Assembly: GCA_963836205.1 (NCBI GenBank)
Contig: CAWIIV010000006.1
Location: forward strand, 576,001-640,000
Reading direction: 5' to 3'
Origin: an uncultured Acidimicrobiia bacterium
GTDB lineage: Bacteria; Actinomycetota; Acidimicrobiia; Acidimicrobiales; AC-14
DNA length: 64,000 nucleotides
Below the pieces are notes generated by a model, which saw only the letters and a list, made by a program, of their open reading frames with translations, made no database searches and was not told where the DNA came from. The translations under genes and the position numbers were made by a program. The first letter of the stretch is position 1. Every line of letters starts with the position of its first letter. Shown here piece after piece: positions 37,394 to 46,764 of the stretch.

Positions 37394-38431
37394 CCGGCAT
37401 CGACGTCGTCATCCCCGCCTGGGGCGACGACCCGTGGCTCGAACGCTCGGTGGACTCGATCCTGGGGTCCACCGGCGTCGAGGCGACCGCGGTCGTCGTC
37501 GACAACGGCAACGACCCGGCCACCATCGACCGCCTGGCCGCCCGCCCCCGTGTCACCGTCGTCCGCCCCGGGTCCAACCTCGGCTTCGCCGGCGGCTGCA
37601 ACGCGGGCGCGGGCGCCGCCGCCGCCACCGCCGACTTCGTCGCCTTCCTCAACCAGGACGCCGTCCTCGAACCCGACGCCCTGGCCGCCCTGGTCGAGGT
37701 GGCCTCGAGGCCCGGCGTGGGCATCGCCTCGGCCAGCGTCCGCCTGGCCGACGACCCCGAGCTGATGAACTCCGCCGGCAACCCGGTGCACTTCCTCGGC
37801 TTCTGCTGGGCCGGCGCCTACGGGGAGCCGGTCGCCGACCACCAGGTCGAGGTCGACGTCGTCGGCGCCGCGGGCACAGCCATGGCCATGCGCCGCGACG
37901 TCTGGGACGCCCTGGGCGGGTTTCGCCGACGAGTACTTCGCCTACCACGAGGACACCGAGCTCAGCGCGCGGGTCCGGCAGCGGGGGCTCCGCATCGTCT
38001 ACGTCCCGACCGCGGTCGTCACCCACCGCTACCACTTCTCCCGCAACGCCCAGAAGTGGTACCTGCTCGAGCGCAACCGGCTGGTGTTCGTCCTCACCAC
38101 CTACGAGCGCCGCACCCTCCTGCTCCTGGCCCCCGCCGCCCTGGGGGTGGAGATCGGCATGCTCCTGGTGGCGGCCCGGGCCGGCTGGCTGCGACCCAAG
38201 CTGCGGGGCTGGGGCTGGCTGGTGGGCCACCGCCGGTGGATCGCCGAGCGCCGCCGCCAGCTCCAATCGGACCGGGTGGTGGGTGACCGGGCCCTCGCGC
38301 CCCACCTCGCCACCCGCTTCGACGCGGCCAACATGGGCATCCCCGGATGGATCGGCCCCCTCGACGCCGGGCTCTCGGCCTACTGGTGGCTGGCCCGGAG
38401 GATGCTCCGCCGCGACCGCTCCCTCGCCTAG
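37390..38431 (+). CDS. GT2 glycosyltransferase (+1 frameshift near 37921)
   Basis: VVVDNG, NLGFAGGCN, FLNQD; after the shift FADEYFAYHEDTELS, YLLERNR. Confidence 0.85.
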
Positions 38432-38443
38432 GCTCTCGGTGCC

Positions 38444-38815
38444 TTGAGTTCCCGCGGCCACCTGCTCGTCCTGCTGGTGACGCTTTCGAGCGTCCTGTTC
38501 ATCGTCCGGCTCCTCCGACGCCACCACCTGCCGGCGCGCTACGCCCTGCTGTGGCTCTCGGTGGGCGCGGTGCTGATCTTCCTGGCCGCGTTCCCCGGCG
38601 TGCTCGATGCCACGTCCGACTTCCTGGGCATCTCCTACGGCCCCACCACCTTCTTCCTGGGCGCCATCACCCTGCTCCTGCTGGTGGTGGTGCACTTCTC
38701 CTGGGAGCTGTCCCGCCTGGAAGAACGCACCCGGCTGCTGGCCGAGGAGCTGGCCCTGCTGCGGACCGAACCACCGACACCCCCCGACCGGGAGGACGAG
38801 ACAGCCCGATGGTGA
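38444..38815 (+). CDS. DUF2304-like small membrane protein
   Basis: RYALLWL, LGISYGP, SWELSRLEERTRLLAEELALL. Confidence 0.85.
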   Translation: MSSRGHLLVLLVTLSSVLFIVRLLRRHHLPARYALLWLSVGAVLIFLAAFPGVLDATSDFLGISYGPTTFFLGAITLLLLVVVHFSWELSRLEERTRLLAEELALLRTEPPTPPDREDETARW

Positions 38816-40242
38816 ACCGCCCCTGGGGCGCACTGCCCTGTCCCCGGCGGCGGACGACAACCAGCGTGGCCCTGAGCCTGGCCCTGGCGCTGGCGTTCTC
38901 CGTCCTGGCCGCGCCCACGGCCACCGCCACCGGCCGGACGGCCCAGTCCGAGCCCACGCCCCACACCGAGTCCGACGCCTCCGAGGCCGGGGCCCAGGCC
39001 GAGAGCCAGGCCCCGGCCGAGATCCCGGTGCCCACCGGCTCGTTCGTCACCTACCGGGTCTTCACCACCCAGTACGCGTCCCACGACCCCGCCAGCGTCG
39101 AGGTGGCGGTGCCCGACAAGTGCGCCAAGTTCGCCGCCCTCAAGAACACCGGCGCCCTCAGCAGCCAGGGCTGCCCCGCCGGCTACAGCACCAGCCTCGA
39201 CTACCGGGTCATCGTCACCCTGGCCAACGGCCGCAGCGAGATCATCCCGGTGAAGGACGTCGGGCCGTGGAACGTCGACGACAACTACTGGAACCCGAGC
39301 GCCGCCGGCTCGCCCCGTCCCCGGCGCCTGTTCGGCAGCCTCCCCACCGGCAAGCCCGCGGCCACCGCCGCCTTCAGCGAGGGCTTCAACGTGCAGGCCA
39401 ACTGCAAGGACCTCGAACAGCAGCCCACCACCCGCACCGCCGGCGCCGACCAGTTCGGGCGCTGCGTGCTCAACCCGGCCGGGATCGACCTGTCGCTGGA
39501 GGCGGCCAAGAAGCTCGGCCTGCGCCCCGGCGAGAACGCCTTCGTCAACGTCACCTTCCTCTGGGAGCCGGTGACGCCCGGCACCAAGCCCGGCCTGAAC
39601 CGCCTGAACGTCCGTTACCTGCGCCAGACCCGCACCAGCGGACCGGCCGACTTCAGCTACACCTACGGCGACCCGGCCGACTTCCCGCTCATGGGCGACT
39701 GGGACGGCAATGGCACCAAGACCCCGGGCGTGTTCCGGGCCGGCACGTGGTTCCTGCGCAACTCCAACAGCACAGGAGTGGCCGACATCACGTTCGGCTA
39801 CGGCAGCCCCGGCGACTACCCGGTGGTCGGCGACTGGAACGGCGACGGCGTCGACACCATCGGGATCTTCCGGGCCGGCAACTGGTACTTCCGCAACGCC
39901 AACTCCACCGGCGTGGCCGACGCGGTGTGGCCCTTCGGCGACTTCGGCGACATCCCGGTGGTGGGCGACTGGAACGGCAACGGCACCGACACGTTCGGGG
40001 TCGTGCGCCGGGGCATCTGGTACATCGCCGACTACTTCGACGCCGGCCGGGCCGAGCAGGTCTTCGGCTACGGCAACCCCGAGGACACCCCCGTCGTCGG
40101 CGACTGGGACGACGACGGTGACACCACCGCCGGGATCTTCCGCGACGGGCAGTGGTACACCACCGACACCCTCGGCTCCAGCGCCGCCGACGACAACTTC
40201 CACTTCGGTGACCCCGCCGACCGTCTCGTCCCCTGGAGCTGA
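38809..40242 (+). CDS. Secreted protein: RlpA/DPBB-like domain + C-terminal 5-repeat GDW(D/N)G domain
   Basis: Signal peptide; PVKDVGPWN and GIDLSLEAAKKLGL motifs; five ~40-aa repeats at the C-terminus. Confidence 0.8.
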   Translation: MVNRPWGALPCPRRRTTTSVALSLALALAFSVLAAPTATATGRTAQSEPTPHTESDASEAGAQAESQAPAEIPVPTGSFVTYRVFTTQYASHDPASVEVAVPDKCAKFAALKNTGALSSQGCPAGYSTSLDYRVIVTLANGRSEIIPVKDVGPWNVDDNYWNPSAAGSPRPRRLFGSLPTGKPAATAAFSEGFNVQANCKDLEQQPTTRTAGADQFGRCVLNPAGIDLSLEAAKKLGLRPGENAFVNVTFLWEPVTPGTKPGLNRLNVRYLRQTRTSGPADFSYTYGDPADFPLMGDWDGNGTKTPGVFRAGTWFLRNSNSTGVADITFGYGSPGDYPVVGDWNGDGVDTIGIFRAGNWYFRNANSTGVADAVWPFGDFGDIPVVGDWNGNGTDTFGVVRRGIWYIADYFDAGRAEQVFGYGNPEDTPVVGDWDDDGDTTAGIFRDGQWYTTDTLGSSAADDNFHFGDPADRLVPWS

Positions 40243-40274
40243 TCGGGGGGCGGTCCGGCGTAGACTCGGGGGTC

Positions 40275-41072
40275 GTGAGCCGGGCGGAGGTCAACGGGCC
40301 GGGCCCACCGGAGTCGCTCCTCGTGATCATCCCTGCCCTCAACGAGGAGGCGGCCCTCGGCGGGGTCATCAAGGAGCTGCGGGCGTGGTGGCCCCACGTC
40401 CACATCCTGGTGGTCGACGACGGCTCCACCGACACCACCGTCGAGGTGGCCCGGGCCGAGGGCGTCGCCGTCGCCCCCCTCGTCTTCAACCTCGGGGTGG
40501 GCGGGGCCCTACAGACCGGCTTCCGGTACGCGGTCCGTCACGGCTACACCCGGGCCATCCAGTTCGACGGCGACGGCCAGCACGACGCCTTCGAGATCCC
40601 CGCCCTCCTGGCCGCGCTCGACGACGGGGCCGACCTGGTCATCGGCAGCCGCTTCGCCGCCACCGCAAGCGCGAGCGCCGCCGCTGTCGGTGAGACCTAC
40701 GCGGTGGGCCGGATCCGGGGCGGGGCCATGCGGGGCCTGCAATTGGCGGTCCGCATCCTGGGCGGGCGCCCCTTCACCGACGCCTCGTCCGGGTTCCGGG
40801 CCTTCTCCGCCCCCCTGCTCGACTTCTTCGCCCAGCGCTACCCCAACGAGTTCCTGGGCGACACCGCCGAGGCCCTGCTCCTCGCCTGCCGGGCCGGCTT
40901 CGACGTGGTCGAGGTGCCGGTGCGGATGAGGCCCCGGGCCGGCGGCACCCCCTCGAACGGCCGGGTCAAGCTCGCCTATCACTACGTGCGGGTCCTGGTG
41001 AGCATGATCGGGACCTCGCCCACCTCGCGGCCGACGGTGCGCGACCCGCTCCCCGACGCCGGACCCAGGTGA
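40275..41072 (+). CDS. DPM1-like GT2 (polyprenyl-phosphate sugar synthase)
   Basis: IIPALNEE, VVDDGSTD, NLGVGGA, FDGDGQH, VIGSRF, TDASSGFRA. Confidence 0.9.
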   Translation: MSRAEVNGPGPPESLLVIIPALNEEAALGGVIKELRAWWPHVHILVVDDGSTDTTVEVARAEGVAVAPLVFNLGVGGALQTGFRYAVRHGYTRAIQFDGDGQHDAFEIPALLAALDDGADLVIGSRFAATASASAAAVGETYAVGRIRGGAMRGLQLAVRILGGRPFTDASSGFRAFSAPLLDFFAQRYPNEFLGDTAEALLLACRAGFDVVEVPVRMRPRAGGTPSNGRVKLAYHYVRVLVSMIGTSPTSRPTVRDPLPDAGPR

Positions 41073-42418
41073 CCCGCCGGGGCGTCCGGGTCGTCGTCGT
41101 CAACTACAACGGCGGCGGAACCACGCTGGCCTGCCTCGAAAGCCTGCTCGCCAGCGACTGGCCGGTCGACGACCTCGACGTGGTGATGGTCGACAACGCC
41201 TCCACCGACGGCGTGGTGGCTGCGGTCAAGGCGGGGATGCCGCGGGTGACGGTGATCGAGGCCGGGTCCAACCGGGGCTTCGCCGGCGGCTGCAACCTGG
41301 CCATGCACGACCTGTCGGAGGTCGACTACGTCGCCCTGGTCAACAACGACGCCATCGTCGAACCCAACTGGCTCCATCCCCTGGTGGCGGCCATCGACCG
41401 CGACCCCGGCATCGGCGCGGCCTGCCCCAAGATCCTCTTCACCGGCTCCTTCGTCGACATCCTGCTCGAGTCGTCGACCGCCGTCCGCGGCCTCGGCGAC
41501 CGCCGGCCCCTCGGCGTGCGCCTCAGCGGGGCCCGCCTCGACGGGCAGGACGCGTCCGACCGCATCCAGCTGGTCGACGGCTTCTGGGGACTCGAGCACG
41601 GCCACAACGGCGAGGGGGCCTTCCAGTGGAGCAACGGCGCCGCCCATCTGCGGGTGCCGGCCCGTCCCGACGGCACCCTCCCGCAGGTGGAGCTGCGCCT
41701 GGCGGCCGGCAGCCACCGCACGGTGGTGGTGCGGTCCGATCCCGAGGAGATCGAGCTGGCGGTGACGCCCAGCCCGGCGTGGTACGACGTCCCCGTCGCC
41801 GGCCTTCCCTACGCCGTGCTCAACAACGCCGGCAACGTGCTGCTGGCCGACGGCTACGGCGCCGACCGCGGCTACCAGCAACGCGACCGCGGCCAGTTCG
41901 ACCGATCCGACGAGGTCTTCGCCTGGTGCGGCGCGGCGGTGTTGCTCTCCCGCCGTTACCTGGAGTCGGTCGGGCTCCTCGAGGAACGCTTCTTCCTGTA
42001 CTACGAGGACACCGACCTCTCGTGGCGGGGCCGGGCCCAGGGGTGGCGCTACGTCTACGTGCCCGAGGCGGTCGTGCGCCACGAGCACTCGGCGTCGTCG
42101 GTGGAAGGGTCGCGGCTGTTCGCCCACTTCGTGGAGCGCAACCGGTTGCTCATGCTCGCCCGCAACGCCCCGTTGTCGCTGGCCGCCAAGGAGGCGGGCC
42201 GCCACCTGCTCATCACCGGCTCCTACGCCCGCCGCGACATCCTCAGCGCGGTGGCCCAGGCCCGCCGGCCGACAGTCGAGACCGTCCGGCGCCGGCTCCG
42301 GTCCCTCGGCGGCTATCTCCGCCTGCTGCCCGTCGCCCTCGCCGACCGCCGCCAACTCCGGCGCCTCCGCACCGTCAACGACCGCGAGCTCCTCGCGGAG
42401 TGGGTCACCAAGCCCTAG
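41069..42418 (+). CDS. GT2 glycosyltransferase with an internal inserted domain
   Basis: VVVNYNG, NRGFAGGCN, VNND, then a ~115-aa insert before NNAG, FFLYYEDTDLSWR, ERNR. Confidence 0.88.
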   Translation: MTRRGVRVVVVNYNGGGTTLACLESLLASDWPVDDLDVVMVDNASTDGVVAAVKAGMPRVTVIEAGSNRGFAGGCNLAMHDLSEVDYVALVNNDAIVEPNWLHPLVAAIDRDPGIGAACPKILFTGSFVDILLESSTAVRGLGDRRPLGVRLSGARLDGQDASDRIQLVDGFWGLEHGHNGEGAFQWSNGAAHLRVPARPDGTLPQVELRLAAGSHRTVVVRSDPEEIELAVTPSPAWYDVPVAGLPYAVLNNAGNVLLADGYGADRGYQQRDRGQFDRSDEVFAWCGAAVLLSRRYLESVGLLEERFFLYYEDTDLSWRGRAQGWRYVYVPEAVVRHEHSASSVEGSRLFAHFVERNRLLMLARNAPLSLAAKEAGRHLLITGSYARRDILSAVAQARRPTVETVRRRLRSLGGYLRLLPVALADRRQLRRLRTVNDRELLAEWVTKP

Positions 42419-42472
42419 TTCCGCCGGAGCACCGCTCTACCAACAGTCGAGCTCGCGGCGCCCGGCGCTCGG

Positions 42473-44350
42473 CTACGTCTGGGACTGGCTGCCGGGGAAC
42501 GGGCCTCGGACGTCGACGGTGCGCTTGAGAAGGGTGAGGCTGGGCAGGCCGCCGTCGGGGTTGAGCCGCTTCCAGATGAGCTCGAGCTCGGGGTCGTGGA
42601 GCTCGCCGGCGGCGGTGGCGAGGGCCTCGGCCAGCCAGTCGAAGCCCTGGGCCAGCTTGCACTCGGGCAGGCCCAGCTCGTCGGCCCGCTCGGTGAAGGT
42701 CTTGAAACGGGCCCGGGTCACCTGGTCCCACTTGGGGGTGACGGTGGGACTCATCACCGCCGCCGACCGGAGGAGGTTGGCGTAGCGGGGAAGGAGCTGG
42801 GCCTCGTCCATCTTCAGGCAGGCGTCGCCGATCTCCACCAGGGCGAGCTTGGCGTCGGTGTAGGTGACCGGTCCCATGCCGCGGATGTCGGCCATCGACA
42901 ACCCGGCCATGACGATGGTCTCCAGCAGGTGGCCCAGGGCGGCCTCGGCCAGGGCCATCTCGTACAGGTACGACCGGCCCATCCGGTCCCAGTCCTGCTT
43001 CATGACGTCGTCGGCGAACGACTTGCGCAGGATCGCCGACGCCTCCGCCGGCAGCCCGCTCATCCGGTAGGTGCGGGCCTGCAGCACCGAGAACAGGGAG
43101 AACTTCTCGCCCATGGCCGCCGCCGCCTCGTCGGCCACCACCCGGGCGATGCGGTCGGCCCGGTCGCGGGGGATGCCGAAGCGCTCGTAGCGCCCGGCCA
43201 GCACCGGTCCGGCCGTCATGATCGGCCCGTCGGACACCAGCGGACCGAGCTTGCGGCCCACCCGTCCGGTGGACTGCACCAACCGGCGCCAGATGTCGTC
43301 GAGGTCGCGGTCGCCGGCCCGGCCGGCGTCGACCAGCCGCACCGCGGCCTTGGCGATGGCCGGATGGCGGGTGCGCAACGAGCTCCCGCTTCCAGCGCCG
43401 AGGCCGGCGGCGATCAGCCGAGCCCGGATCGCCGGTGCGCCCGCCCGTTCGATGCGAGCCAGGTCGGCGATCACGGCCAGGTCGACGCCGTCGAAGTCGC
43501 ACGCCTCGGCCACGGCCACGGAGAGGAACGCCTCCAGATCGGCCGATCCGACATCGGCCACCAGTGCCGCCACGTGCTCGAGCAGGCCGTCGGGGCCGAA
43601 GCGCTGGTCGAGGATGCCGCCGAGCATGGTGGCGTCGCACATCCCCTGGCGGGACCCGACCGCGTCGAGCAGGTACTGGCCCCGCTCGTCGGCGGGGTCG
43701 GTTTCGAGCGCCCCCAGCGACCCGGCCCCGGCCCACACCTCCACCAGGCGGTCGGCGTCGGCGGGGGCCAGCTCGATCAGCTTGGTCCGCATCCCGAGCG
43801 TCGGCCACAGGCTGACGAACTTCTCCCACGGCGGCTCCGCGCTCCGCCCCTGGTGCTTGAACTTGGACTCCCAGTCGGGACTGCGCCCGACGAGCACCCA
43901 GTGGATGTCCTTGCGGCGCTTGGCCAGGGGCGTGACCGTGCTCTCCAGGTCGGCCGCGATCTCCTCGGCGTCGTCGCTGACCAGCACCCACGGCCCCTCG
44001 GGCAGGGCGGCCACGGCATCGTCGTCGAGGCGGGTGCCCGGGTCGCGGAACAGCACCTTGGTGCCGGCCCGCACCAGGTCGACCGCGATCTGGCGGACGG
44101 TGGTGCTCTTGCCCTGGCCCCGCGGCCCCACCAACAGCACCATGGCCGACTCGATGGTGCGCTCGAACGCCGCCACCGCGGGCGCCACCGCCTGGCGGCG
44201 CAGGACCTGGTCCTCCGGCGCCTGGGCGACGCGCCAGTCGGCCGGGCCACCGTCGTAGAAGCGAATGAGGTCGTCGGCCCCCAGCGGCCCGCCGTTGTCG
44301 GCAAGCAGCTCCGGGGTGACTTCGGTCCAACCTGGCAACAACTCGCTCAC
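42473..44350 (-). CDS. P-loop NTPase (STAND-like) with helical C-terminus
   Basis: FYDG..ADW pre-motif, Walker A GPRGQGKST, Walker B WVLVSDD, long alpha-helical tail. Confidence 0.75.
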   Translation of the reverse strand: MSELLPGWTEVTPELLADNGGPLGADDLIRFYDGGPADWRVAQAPEDQVLRRQAVAPAVAAFERTIESAMVLLVGPRGQGKSTTVRQIAVDLVRAGTKVLFRDPGTRLDDDAVAALPEGPWVLVSDDAEEIAADLESTVTPLAKRRKDIHWVLVGRSPDWESKFKHQGRSAEPPWEKFVSLWPTLGMRTKLIELAPADADRLVEVWAGAGSLGALETDPADERGQYLLDAVGSRQGMCDATMLGGILDQRFGPDGLLEHVAALVADVGSADLEAFLSVAVAEACDFDGVDLAVIADLARIERAGAPAIRARLIAAGLGAGSGSSLRTRHPAIAKAAVRLVDAGRAGDRDLDDIWRRLVQSTGRVGRKLGPLVSDGPIMTAGPVLAGRYERFGIPRDRADRIARVVADEAAAAMGEKFSLFSVLQARTYRMSGLPAEASAILRKSFADDVMKQDWDRMGRSYLYEMALAEAALGHLLETIVMAGLSMADIRGMGPVTYTDAKLALVEIGDACLKMDEAQLLPRYANLLRSAAVMSPTVTPKWDQVTRARFKTFTERADELGLPECKLAQGFDWLAEALATAAGELHDPELELIWKRLNPDGGLPSLTLLKRTVDVRGPFPGSQSQT

Positions 44351-44577
44351 GTTCCTCCCTCGACACCTTCACCCAGCTGGCGCAGCGCTTCGGCCAGTGC
44401 TGCTCGTAGCCGGCGGGCGGACTGGGGCGTCAGGTGGGTGATGATCCCCGTGCCCCGCCGGTCCTCCTCCTCGACCGTGATCTCCACGCGAATGTCCTGG
44501 CACGCGTCGCAGTCGTCGGCGATGGCGACCGCCCACGACGCCGGGGGCCGCTCGCCACCCCGGGGGTGGTCGTCCAT
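44347..44577 (-). CDS. Small CxxC protein
   Basis: DDCDAC motif, HLTPQSARRLRAAL; stop overlaps the NTPase GTG. Alternative start 44601. Confidence 0.75.
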   Translation of the reverse strand: MDDHPRGGERPPASWAVAIADDCDACQDIRVEITVEEEDRRGTGIITHLTPQSARRLRAALAEALRQLGEGVEGGT

Positions 44578-44590
44578 CCCGTAATCGATT

Positions 44591-44663
44591 GATTTCTTCA
44601 TGCCGACTTCTTCATTGCGACTTTTTCATGGCGACTTCTTCACACGACCTGCGGCTTCTTCAT
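44591..44663 (-). repeat. 14-bp-period direct repeats (ATGAAGAAGTCG), 5 copies
   Basis: On +: gatttcttcat 44591, cgacttcttcat 44604, cgactttttcat 44618, cgacttcttcac 44632, cggcttcttcat 44652. Confidence 0.85.
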
Positions 44664-45230
44664 GGGGATGTCCTCGCCGCCGGCGGTGTTGGCGATCTTG
44701 GCGATCTCGCCCTCGACCACCTGGTCGAGGTTGGGCGTCTGCGAGTCGACCATCGGGTCCCAGCCGGGGCGGGCGCTCACGTCGTAGCCCGCCTCCAGGA
44801 TCAGCTTCTCGATGTGGAGCTGGGCCTCGGGTCGGAAGCGGCGGACGACACCGCCCGGCAGCATCGGCAGGGGGATGTTGAGCATCCCGCACGCAACCTC
44901 GAGGGTGGCGTCGTACTGGCGGATGTAGTCGGTCCACTCTCGAGTCTGGTCCTCGTACTCGATCCGGGTGAACTTCGAGTAGCCGGCCATGATCGTGTTG
45001 AGCCGGCGCAGCTGGGCCCCGATGATGACGATGTCGAGGTCGGCGCCGGGCGCCTCCAGCAACCACTCGTCGACCTCGTGGCGCTTGGCCAGCTGGGCCG
45101 CCTTCTTGTTGTAGACCTCGATCTCCTGCGGGTACGTGCTCGACTGCGCCTGGGCGAGCATGGCCCGGATCCGCACCACGATCTTCAGCCACTCGGCTTC
45201 GGCCCGCGCTTCTTCTTCGTCGTCAGTCAT
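44640..45230 (-). CDS. Protein with DUF2786-like N-terminal domain
   Basis: RIRAMLAQAQSSTYPQEIEVYNKKAAQLAKRHEVD resembles the DUF2786 helical hairpin. Confidence 0.7.
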   Translation of the reverse strand: MTDDEEEARAEAEWLKIVVRIRAMLAQAQSSTYPQEIEVYNKKAAQLAKRHEVDEWLLEAPGADLDIVIIGAQLRRLNTIMAGYSKFTRIEYEDQTREWTDYIRQYDATLEVACGMLNIPLPMLPGGVVRRFRPEAQLHIEKLILEAGYDVSARPGWDPMVDSQTPNLDQVVEGEIAKIANTAGGEDIPMKKPQVV

Positions 45231-45318
45231 GGGCCGTCAGCCTCGGGAAGGTTTTCGAGCTACTGGGCGTCATCGCAGGTGGGCGACGACATCTCCTTCC
45301 CGCATGATAGCCGGGGGG

Positions 45319-45747
45319 TCAGGAAAGGCTGCCCTCCACGTTGATCCTGACGCCGCCCCGCAGGGCATTCGACACCGGGCAAGACCCCTCGGCCGCGGTG
45401 AGGGCCTCCCGGAAGGCCCTCTCGTCGGCGCCGGGGACGGTGGCCACCACGACCAGGTCGATGGCGGTGATCGTCGGCGGCTCGAACGTGCAGGTGGCCT
45501 CCACCTCGAGCAGGGCGGGCGGGTTGCCCCGGGAGCTGAGCTCGTTGGACAGGGCCATGCAGAAGCAGGCCGCGTGGGCGGCCGCCAGCAGCTCCTCGGG
45601 GCTCGTCTTGCCGCCCGGCTGGTCCTCGGTGCGAGCCGGCCAGCTCACCGGCGCGTCGGTGAACAGCCCCGTGCTGGCGGCCGAGACCGTCCCGTTGCCC
45701 TCGAACAGGTCGCCTTCCCACTTCGCACTCGCCCTGCGCTGCGCCAC
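45319..45747 (-). CDS. osmC: OsmC family peroxiredoxin
   Basis: WEGDLFEGNG, TSPEELLAAAHAACFCMAL, CPVSNAL; AAGGAG RBS before GTG 45747. Confidence 0.92.
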   Translation of the reverse strand: MAQRRASAKWEGDLFEGNGTVSAASTGLFTDAPVSWPARTEDQPGGKTSPEELLAAAHAACFCMALSNELSSRGNPPALLEVEATCTFEPPTITAIDLVVVATVPGADERAFREALTAAEGSCPVSNALRGGVRINVEGSLS

Positions 45748-45817
45748 GAGAGTCTCCTTGGTTGCCGTCCGGTGCCTCCAACGTATGCCGGGCGTTCGAT
45801 CGGGGCACACATGAGCC

Positions 45818-46105
45818 GTGGACAACGAAGCGATGCTCTGGAAGGGAGCCGGCGCCCTGAGCGGGGCGGCGTCGGGCGGGCTGACCCGGACGGCGATGAA
45901 GAAGGGCTGGACGAAGTGGAGGGGCTCCGACCCGCCCACCAACCCGGCCTCGCCGTCCACCAAGTGGTCGGAGGCTCTGGCGTGGGCCGCGGCCTGCGGG
46001 GTCGCCATCGCGATCGCCCGGCTGGTGGCCCAACGGGGAGTGGCCGAGGCCTGGAAGAAGGCCACCGGCTCGTACCCCAAGGGATTGGAAACCGTCAGCC
46101 CGTAG
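45818..46105 (+). CDS. DUF4235-like small membrane protein
   Basis: W.KWRGSDPPTNP, WSEALAWAA, W.KATG.YP. Confidence 0.8.
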   Translation: MDNEAMLWKGAGALSGAASGGLTRTAMKKGWTKWRGSDPPTNPASPSTKWSEALAWAAACGVAIAIARLVAQRGVAEAWKKATGSYPKGLETVSP

Positions 46106-46138
46106 CCGCGGCGGGCCCGGGCGGGTCGACGCCCGGCG

Positions 46139-46600
46139 TCACTCGCGGACGAGGAAGTCGACCGCGAGAAGCACGGGGCCGTCGACGGTCACCGCGTGGG
46201 GCACCGAGGGCGGGATGGGCTGGGTGTCGCCCGCACCGAGCTGCACGTGGATCGGAGGGTCGGTCTCCAGGGATATGCCGGCGGAGCCTTCGATGACGCG
46301 GAGGCGGCCCCACACGCCTTCGGCCACCCGGTGCGCCTTCCGGAGGGCGGCGGGCAGGGTCGTGGCGTCGAAGGGGCCGGCCGTGCGCGTCACGCGGAGC
46401 GAGCCGGGGAGCTCGGCCCGGTCGCACAGCGGGCAGTCCACGTCGGTGCCGAGGCGAGCCGTCCGCCCGGCCTCGGTCGTCACCCAGGGACGCTCCTGGA
46501 ACGGCGGCCGGTGCCGCATGTGCTGGCCGTGCAGGCACGACAGCTCCGCCACCCAGTCGCCGTGCTCGTCTTGGTGGAAGCCCGCAATCACCCGTCGCAC
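46139..46600 (-). CDS. DUF3565-like metal-binding domain fused to a DUF1971/TehB-N-like cupin
   Basis: GFHQDEHGDWVAELSCLHGQHMRHRPP...CPLC, then TLPAALRKAH...GVWGRLRVIEG...IPPSVPH. Confidence 0.8.
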   Translation of the reverse strand: MRRVIAGFHQDEHGDWVAELSCLHGQHMRHRPPFQERPWVTTEAGRTARLGTDVDCPLCDRAELPGSLRVTRTAGPFDATTLPAALRKAHRVAEGVWGRLRVIEGSAGISLETDPPIHVQLGAGDTQPIPPSVPHAVTVDGPVLLAVDFLVRE

Positions 46601-46764
46601 GGGGCCCGTCCTCCCTGGTTGGCCTCGTCGATCACGGCGGGCGGCCGACGCCGCTGTTCGTGGGCATGAAAAGGTGCGTGCAGCACCCTTTTCCGACCCA
46701 AGAACTGTGCCGGGCACGGGAATGGCGAACGACGACCGGTTTGCCCGGTGGGGACGACGCCTCG

